Below are positions 55,047 to 64,000 of a stretch of 64,000 nt of DNA, piece by piece. The DNA lies in the NCBI GenBank assembly GCA_036172245.1, contig JAYWIR010000023.1, positions 372,001 to 436,000 of the forward strand, given 5' to 3'. The DNA is from Raillietiella orientalis. Lineage: Eukaryota. Below the pieces are notes generated by a model that worked only from the letters and a program-made list of their open reading frames with translations, was not told where the DNA came from and did not search any database. How positions within the stretch are numbered: the stretch's first letter is position 1; every line of letters begins with the position of its first letter. The position numbers and the translations under genes are program-made.

Positions 55047-58000
55047 CTCAAAAAATACTGATGCTCCACATGCTGTGATTGGCTTACAAATGGGCTAACA
55101 ACATCAGATCACATAAGAACTCTGTTTTTCTTCATCAAAAGCTCCTATTCCTTAACTACAAATCAAGAGCACCTGCACATTGCGTTACGCTGTTTACCTC
55201 TGAAACCCAAATTGATCGACTCATGGTTCTCAGATTCGTTTGAAAGAAAAAACTAGTAAGCTAAAAAATTTACGGTCATCCCGAGATTAGTCTGATTTTG
55301 CATCAAAGTGGTTGATTTCAAAAGGAGATGATTAGAGAGTTGAACAAAGAGTCACTGTTGTTGATAAGGAATATTTTATTTTCGGAAGTTCATTTCTTTA
55401 GGATAGCAGTAAATACAAATAAAAATCTATATTTACAACGAGAAATTCACATCTTAGAATTTAAATGCAATACCTTAGAGCAAGTATACATTATAAATGC
55501 ATAACTGTTGCTGTATTTTTTAAAATGTCGTTTCCAAAATATCAAGAAAGCAATATTGCTTTTCGGAGAAAACCATTCTGCAAATGTATCTAACTATTTT
55601 ATATTCATATCTAGAGAGAGTCGAAACTCGAAATTCATAACATTTGTCTTCATTTCTGCATATATAAAACTGAATGCATTAGGTCTTTGTGTATGTTTGT
55701 CCAATTGTATTAACACATACAAAAAGCTTTTTCTTTGAGTTTCTAAAAGGAGATCATATTGTATTTCAAATTAACAGAGGTACTAATTAAACGCAACGAA
55801 ACAAGATTGCACTATTGATTGGCTAATTTGCCAACATTCCGTCATGTAATGCTCTGAAACTCTTCGTTTAAAAGTAGAAACGAAAATGTACCAGGTAATG
55901 ATTGCAGATGATTTCCGGCTCGATCAAGATGATTGCAATCAACTTTCATGAAGAACGTTTCAAAAAAGTATCCGAGATAGATCATGAACTATTTTCTAAA
56001 AGCTTTTATACGATACATCATAAAAGTGCGCATAAGATTTATGATAATGTACTAACTTCAAAGTGTAATAAGCATATGTAAATCCAGATAAATAGAACAT
56101 TTCCAAAATCCATTATTTCATCGCAGGCATGAACGCGATAGCAATTGTAAGAGTAATGAAAATCAGACAAAAGAATATGATTAAAGCATCCAAAATGCAG
56201 CACTAGTTCACATAATGCATTGAATAAAGTTATGCCATTTTCTCCTGTATTCTCGGATGTCTTGATTCAACTAAGGATTATAAAAATACAGTGTCACAAA
56301 CTAACAGTGCTGATTTTCTTAAGTCTGAATTTAGGTTTTATTTAATAATGCAAATATTTCCACTTATTCCAACTAATTTCATTTTTATTTCTGAAACATT
56401 CATCGTGTAACTTTAAATTATTTTTACCGTCTTGGAAATTTAATATATCCGAAGTTTTCGAACTGTAAGAGTGTTTTCTCACATAGGCTGCATCGCAATC
56501 ATAGATATACTATAATTATTTTCCAAGCACAAATGAGACGTATGCCAACAAAAGTGCCCCAGGTAGTTACGAAATGAACTTTGCTCCGCAAAATTGTAAT
56601 GTGCGTGTGCGTGTGAGTATATATGTATGTATGTATGTATATTTATGTAATTCATTTGAATGCAGCCCAATAAAATTCCGATATGCAGATTTCAAACCTA
56701 ATATGATGATTTTTTTACGAAAGCGATTAGTTACTTAAATAAGGTTCAAAATACAAAGTTCTCCATATAGAATGTTTGTAGTGTTAACCTCAGACAAAGT
56801 AGTCATTTAAAATTACAAAAAACAAAAAAACAGAAAAAGAGTTGGAAAATTAGTTTTTAAGAAAAGCTAAAAAGCCTTTTAAACGATCTTCATCCTTTAT
56901 TATAAAAGTAATGCATGAGATGAGACATAGCTGAACGATCATTATTCTTAGATTTAGATTATATTAGATTTCTCAAGCAAACTTCGAGCTCGTAGATCAC
57001 AAGGGAATTCTCATGTGATTTTTGTTTTTCCGATATCTATAATTATTTTCCGAGACAAACTTGCCTGTGCTATATAAATATATGTTGACTGATTTAATCA
57101 TTCGGTATCAAGATAAAATGGATTTTCGTAAATTGTCTGTTGATATTTACAATGTTATTGTTTCACTGAATCCACTTGGTGAAAAATTCTCTCAGTATCC
57201 CTTTTTGTTCCTTCATTTTTGAGTGACAACTGCATCATTTGGGGTAACGGAAAAAAATTGGCACTTTGAAAACTAATATGTTTGTTGGATTTATATTCTT
57301 CATCATTGTGAAAATTCTCGAGTATTAGTGCCTGTTTGTTTAGGTGCTTTGGAGATTTCCTCGAGTAAAAGACAAAATGAATGTTTTCTCAATAAGGGTG
57401 CATGGTTTGTGGTCTTTTTGTTCAATAATACTGTATAAGCTGTTCTTAATATCAGCCAAAAAGTTGCCTTTAACTCTTGATGCTAGAAACCCAAACCCCA
57501 AAACTCCTTTGGAATTCAATTACCCCTCTTTTGAGAATAGGCCGGTCGAAATCTCAAAGCGTACAGAATTTATATTCCCATTTAAATGTTCCTTACAAAA
57601 TGTTATATGATAATGACACAGATGGAATAAATATGCTTTAATAATTTTATCTTGAAGATATTCCGCAAAAAAGGCTATCAGTTTAAGGTCTATTTAAATC
57701 AGAGTTGCACAAATATGACCTGCAACAAGATTGCAAACAAAGAATAGGATTTCTAATCACATCTCCGATAATTCCAAAATACACATCTCTTGCATCTTTC
57801 GTGATAAGAGCATTTAAAAACTTTGGTTTCATAGTCATTACATACATCTTGATTGTAGCATACATTACACCTCTTTTGTAGCACTAATACTGAGGCACCC
57901 CTTCCTTCAAACGACGCAAGAAAAGTGCATGAGGTAACCTTGTTTTACTTCGCCAAATGCATTGAAAATGAATTCGAAGTAAAAGACTTTCATCATGGCG

Positions 58001-59550
58001 AAATAATCGGAAAGTTTCTTAAGCTTATTGAAAAGTCTTTTTTTTTTTTTAACTCCATTTTGAAACTGCTTTAAAATCGTATAATACTTTCAGTTTTCGC
58101 GATCTATGCTATTTTAGCAGATTAAGAAAACCTCGTATGAAAATATACGAAGTTCTCGGTTATCTGAAATTAGTGTTTTCATTCCCTTGAAAAAGTCAAG
58201 TTAGACTGCTTTTTTAAGACTGTAGCATATATCAGAAATACTTTATGCGTATAATTGGAATAACTGTATTGGAAAAGATCTCTTTGTAAATCATCAAAAA
58301 TTTGGAGAAGCTGGCTATCACATTCCATCCTTGAAACTGAGTACCAGCATTTGAATTAGGGTTTATCAAACACTTTACGATTCTGCATAGGAAATCCAGG
58401 GTAATGAAATGTTTGTGGATGAAAATAAAACACATGCAGAAGTGAATATTAATATGTTGCATTAATGTTTTAAAAAGTTTACCTTACAAAATCCGTTAAA
58501 CACTGCGCAATTTTGAAAAGAGAATTTGAAAACTATTACGCTTTGGATAAGTCGAAATTTTGAAACTGTAAGGTTAAATCATATAGAAGAAAATCTGAAT
58601 GAAAAAAATCGTTTCAAAATTATTCTCTGTAGAACTAACAAGTTTCATTGATGCGCACATTTTTCCGTCTATTAAAGATATTACTAACTATCACTTTAAC
58701 ATGTTCTTTTCCTTTGGAAATCTGAATTCATGAATAGCACTTACATTTCAGTACAGTTTTGGGTATCAATGAATTGAATCAAAATATATCACATTTTTTG
58801 ATCTAGAGGATTTCATATTATTAGAGCTATACTTGCTTAATAACCAATGATGTGAATTTGTGTAATTTACAAAGATATACTATGGAGACACTAAATGACA
58901 ATTCTTGCGCCCTTGTTAGAAGTCTTATATTTTAGTTCTGCATTTCTATTTTCTAAACTGATCCAATGAAACAAATTCTTTCTTTGAAAATGAAGTCAAC
59001 TTGCATTTTTGGTAACTCTGTGAAGCGCGCATTCATATTTTTTGTTCGAACAGGAGGTTAGTGACTTGTTGCGAAGCGCGAGGAACAGCTGTGAAGGATA
59101 CTTTATGGCAGGTCAATTGGTTGCCAACAGTGATTCTAAAAACCTCCGTAATAGCCTCAGTTTTTTCGAAAAACCAAATCGTGCTGAAGTAAGTGCAACC
59201 AACTAATCACTGAGCTTTGTTTTGGCCTTTTCTCGAAAGATGGGAATTGTGTTGGAGTTTAGCATATGTATTTCGTTTTGAGGTCATTACATTTTATGCA
59301 GATTTCATTAGTGGACCGGCTGTGTGATCGCGTGCCCTATTGATTCGAACCATTCGAACTTTTTAATAACAGTCTGTTGAAGCCTATGCTCTGCATGTTG
59401 GAAATAATCGGGGGGGAGGGGGGGGGGTTGGACATTTCAAGCAACGCAGCATTCGCGGTCATTGGAAGACTTGCTGGCGTTTTGATACTCTTGTCGCTGT
59501 TTTTTATGTCGTTGTTGGGCACTCAATGACGGGATTTTTTTTGTTTTCAG

Positions 59551-60009
59551 CAGAATGAAGGATTTTCTGCAGTAAGGAAATCCATGAAGCACAGGATCAG
59601 GTTCTCTAAAGGTGTATCTTACATCCTCCGAGAAAGGTACAGTTCCAAAGATTGGTTGATGGTAGTTGGAAGGGAGTATTTTCGTATTTCACCGCTGTCC
59701 CTCTTTTCTTCAAATTTATGAAGTCCTCCGAGTAAGGTGTGGGCAGAGTATTCCGTGGGGCAGCAGAGTTACCAACGCCCGTGTTGTGGTGTTTATCAGT
59801 ATGAGTGTGTATTTCAGTATCAGTTCACTACGTTTTCCTTTCGTTTATTCCATGCAGATGATAAAGTTTTTATCTTGGTGTGAAGTTCAGGCCCCGATCT
59901 TGGATTCAAAGCGATTAGCACGAGTGTTACTTCGCTGTGCGTTTTTTTCATCTCATTTTCTGAATGAAAACCATGTCCTCAGCGCCACTTTCTTCCAATC
60001 AGAGAAAAC

Positions 60010-60046
<37 letters not shown>

Positions 60047-63023
60047 GGGGAATTGTATATTCATGTTGAGAGAAAGGAATAATGATCTCATTCAGTCATT
60101 TCAAATTTAGTAAAACTCAATTTATCGCTCCTCCAATAAAAAAGGTTGGTATTATGTATAAAAAGCGTCTCTGCGTTTACGTGTGCGTATTTGTATTTCA
60201 TTGTACATTTCTTTCCAGTCGGTTTGATGATGCCCACGAGTCGGTTCTCCGGGTGGCGCGTGGGTGGCTCTCGAAAACTTATTGCCCAGAATCCTTTCTC
60301 TAGCTTTCAGGTTTTCCAAAATTTCCTTCTCCTTTTTTTCGTGATCTTTTTCTTCTTAATCTCAGGAAAATAAAGGAGACCTCAAGAAATGTTTTGTGGT
60401 TTGTTCGTGTTTTATTTCAAATTGACAAGCCGTTTCCCCTTTTTTAAAAAAAAAAAAAAAAAATTGTCTTGCAGTGTGACAGCTCCGACTTGTCGTGTGT
60501 ATTATAAGTTGCAGGGAAAGTGGGACCGCAAGGTAACGGTACGGACTTCCAGATGTGTGTCCCGGCAGCCGACGTGCGGAAGCCTGGGTGATGGCAGCCG
60601 AAGAATGTCGTACAGTTGACGTGGGCTCTTCTGCATTGCAGAAAACGAAATGAAATGAAAAATTGGAAGTTTTTTTTTCTTCCTTCCCCCCCCCCTCCTC
60701 TGTCGTGTTTTTTTTCCACCTCATTTCGTTTTCCGTGTTTCGTGTCTTTTGCTCTCGCAATCGCCTTGTCCAATCTCATGCGTGAGAAACCTGTTTGCAC
60801 AAGTCGGTGAGATCTGCGCAGTGCAATGCAGTCGGAAGCGCTCGTATACATCTATGTATCTATGTTGCCCGTGTACAATGCGAAGCAGCGTGTTCCCTTT
60901 GGAATTCTGTCCTCCAGCTGGTCTTCAAAAGGATCTTAGTGACTGATTAAGGTAAAATACAAGTGCGTCAAGTATGGAAGACACCGAATGTTGCCGTTTT
61001 TGTAAAGAAAGAACGGAATTTATCCAAGACCTGTGTCAGAATAAAGCAAGGAATTTTTTTTTTCTGATGAAGCAACTCCAAGCAGCATTTTTCTTTTCTC
61101 CAGATATGAAGTCATTGCATCTCATGCTTCACTCTTAATTAGCGTCGTATCGTCGTTGGTTAACGCATGTTTTCCGCCCACATTCGATCTAATGACGTTT
61201 TCTGTTCAGATAACGACAAGGAAGACACTCTGAGAGCACAAATTACGCATCCGTCTGTAATGCCATTCAAGCAAATTATCTACCCACCCTCTTGTGAAAA
61301 AAGTGTTCCTCTCTACAAGTGCTTTGAGAAAACACAGGCAAGATGTTTCTGCAAGAGTGAAACCTGCTGGTCCCATCTACCACGCGGATCACATTGAGCA
61401 CAAGATTGGCACGCCCGTGTGCGAAGTATGTCTGTGTGAAGGATCTTACAATATAGATAATTCGATTTCAGTGGTTTTCGGAGTCTGCTTGCCCGAGTAG
61501 GTGTCACCTGGTACAGATCACTATCCTTATTTTCCGATCGGCGTGAAAAATGGATCTTTCTGAGATGTGTGTGTGTGTGTGTGTGTGTGTGTATTCTTCA
61601 GACGACATACTCCTTCATCGAGACCGTTGAATTCTACGGAGTGCATCGTGGTTGATTCGATGCATCCAGGTTTTCTCCATTCGTCGGAATGAAACTGAAG
61701 ATGGAGCTTTGCCATCAGTGCTTTTAGAAAAAATCGATTGTTTTTTCTTTCCTGTTTCCAAAGTCTGCGAAACCCTCATCGAATGGAAGATCCCTGAATA
61801 CCATCGGCTAGTCTTGAGTCATACAAATCAGTTTCTTTCATTTTTTTTTTTTTCCACCTCATGTTTTCCGTATGTTGAAGTCATGATCAGTGTTCCATCT
61901 CCTTGTTGGTTCGCCCAAGAACAGTTGCTGGCGTTCTGGAGACAGATTTCCGTCTAACGGCATTGCTATCAGAATCACGTTCCATGCTGGCGTAGAATGG
62001 GAAGTTTTATTCACAGTTCAGATTTATGCATCCCTGATTTGCCTTTTAATCCTTCATGTTTATTTGGTGCTATTGCACACCACCTACCCGTCATAGGACG
62101 CTAGTATTGCTGTTCTGGTCACAATTTTATTTTGGTCAGTCTTGTACAATTCATAACCTTTACTAGCATGCTCAGAGTGTCTTCCTGAAGCGTGTTTTTT
62201 CAGCGACCTGGTTCGCTTGGCGAGCAGTTTGACGCGTGTAACACGCTCTGGGATAACAATTTTTTACATCCAGAGTGGAACCGATAGAGAAGCCAAACAT
62301 CTTGATTTCGCTTGTCTTTTCCGTTGCCTTATCCAGGAAGGATTGGTGTATTCCATCTTGTTTGTTTGTGTGTGTGCCAAAACAGTCAATCACGAATCTC
62401 AAAAATGAAGGTGCAATGTCGACGTTCAGTGCTCAGATCACATGGAGAGCCTGGAGAAACTGTTGGTTTCTTGGATCTTAGTAAACCTACTAGCTGTCTT
62501 TGTTGCGATACTTCTTGAGTATATCCAAACAGGGCAACTGGCTCGGATTTTGTTTTGAGCAAAGTCTTTTGTGCAGATTTCCGGACTCAATAGAAGCAAT
62601 TCGGGTTCCAGGGTTCTCCAAGTCACTGCATTCGTCATATGTGTGTGTTTTAAAGAGTATTCCCCCCTTGCAAATGCATTTCCGAGTAATGTTTCCACTG
62701 TCATCATCGCGTCTGTCGAGAGAACTCTGGACACGTCAGTCTACATTTCTTTTTGTCTCTGTGTCCGCTTCTGAGCATATGAGCGCTGTTTTCAGTCCTG
62801 AGTGCCAGTCGTCGGAATATCGAAAAATGTTTACGAGAAGTGATCCAGGGTACAATATAGTTTCAAATATGTTTTGCAGAGCACGGCTCGAGGACTCTTA
62901 TTCCAGAAGGCTGCAGAAGCTTGCAAAAAAGCTGCAGAAACTATGTCAAGAGATGCCTGGGTATGTTTCAGAGTCCTGGCTACACGTCGGTCGCCAGATG
63001 GAGAACGAAGGCAGCGCCCACAA
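59551..63023 (+). CDS. NOSTRIN: Nostrin-like F-BAR protein, partial (exons 59551/59554-59636 and 62880-63023; remaining exons probably lie beyond the window)
   Basis: Spliced peptide NEGFSAVRKSMKHRIRFSKGVSYILRER|ARLEDSYSRRLQKLAKKLQKLCQEMPGYVSESWLHVGRQMENEGSAHK matches the FCH/F-BAR pattern GF..L....F.KEL..IL.ERA.LE..Y.K.L.KLA. EMPGYVSESW resembles insect Nostrin. NAGNAG acceptor at 59548-59553. Start exon not identified. Confidence 0.75.
61566..61592. repeat. (TG)n microsatellite
   Basis: About 13 TG units read directly. Confidence 0.9.
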
Positions 63024-64000
63024 GTAAGTATTCCGTCTCATTCTTATTTTCCCGATGATCGTTTGTCTTCTGCTTTTTCTAAACGAAATCCCATGGCTCA
63101 GCGTGCTTCCCTCTGCGATCGGTCTTGCGGGTACTTTTTCGGCACGCGGTTTACCTGCAGCGCTTTTCGTGCCGTCTGTATTCGTCTTTTCGCACCTGGC
63201 GTGGTCCTCGAACTAGATTCAAGCGGAAATATACTCCTTCCATCTTCCTATAATCAGGAAACACATCTTAGGAATTGTCCTGTCGTCGAGCCTTTGTCCG
63301 AAATCAGTATTTGTTTCGAGATGAGGCGAGATGATTTGACCTTTGAGACTGGATTCATCCTCAAGGGTTTGAGCTCACTGGTAACCAGACAATCCGAAGC
63401 GGCCACTCTCTTCCTAGATTGTCTTCCTGTGGTATTACAAGTCTGGAAATCAGTGTTTATAATCAATGAGCATGTCATATCAGCAGAAGATTCTCAGAAG
63501 AAAGTAAGCACGAAACCAGCCATATTGGATCCTTGAGGGAATAATCTTACGATCCGTCATGCTGTTTTGGTGTCGTTCGGATTTTGCTTTGTGTAAGGGC
63601 ACTTCGCTTGAACCCTCTGATCCTAAGTAGTTGCGATCTCTAACGGTTCTCTTTGTGTGCGTGTGAGAAATGTTCCAATGTTCCAGTGACTTCCAATGGG
63701 ACATCTGGTCACGGATCACTCGAGGATCCATCGTGACGCGTCACCTTGACTTACGCGCATATGACCGAACAGAACAGATGCCGTTGACTGTGAAGACACT
63801 ACAGTTAGTTTGATCGTGAATTCTCCAGAACAAAAGAATCCGAAGCGTTATCCTGTTTGCGATCGTATTCTGTCTCTGTTTGCCTTGTCCTGTTGTTTTT
63901 TTCATCATGTCTTATTGTGTGTTTTGTCCTGCCCCTGTTCTCTATTGTATTGTTTTTTATCCATTTGGGTCGATTCACGTTTTCGGTCTCAATAAAATGT

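Noticed and set aside
55148..55156. U12 branch-like TTCCTTAAC on the plus strand
   Set aside because: No matching U12 donor or plus-strand gene here; it lies antisense in the NAPG 5' region.
59093..59101. U12 donor-like GTATCCTTC on the minus strand
   Set aside because: No associated exon or branch site identified.
47534..63023. BLOC1S1, NAPG and Nostrin as a membrane-trafficking gene cluster
   Set aside because: Different pathways and no shared regulatory signal seen; adjacency is plausibly chance.
62500..63536. 175-aa and 220-aa ORFs as standalone genes
   Set aside because: Only 62880-63023 is F-BAR-like and bounded by splice sites; the rest is intron read-through or out of frame.

Overview
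Eukaryotic (most likely arthropod) nuclear DNA with many very short introns (41-60 nt). No prokaryotic operon, CRISPR array, rRNA or tRNA was seen. Genes reconstructed by hand: FIGNL1 (+, 10 coding exons), a centromeric histone H3 variant CENP-A (-), cytosolic purine 5'-nucleotidase NT5C2 (-, 5' end unresolved), BLOC1S1 (-), gamma-SNAP/NAPG (-, 9 exons), and two 5' exons of a Nostrin-like F-BAR gene (+). There are also two single-exon orphan ORFs: a 601-aa secreted-type protein and a 191-aa membrane/coiled-coil protein. Intergenic DNA holds decayed LINEs, hAT (Buster/Charlie-type) remnants and a piggyBac-type MITE. Most notable signals: a ~190-bp frameshifted bacterial rpsC fragment resembling Wolbachia (probable nuclear endosymbiont insertion); a U12-type minor intron followed by an 18-nt microexon in NAPG, with a CpG-decayed U6 snRNA fragment inside that intron; an E2F+CHR element upstream of CENP-A; and a GC-AG intron in NT5C2. 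I found no convincing novel multi-gene system. All homology calls rest on remembered reference sequences, not database searches.
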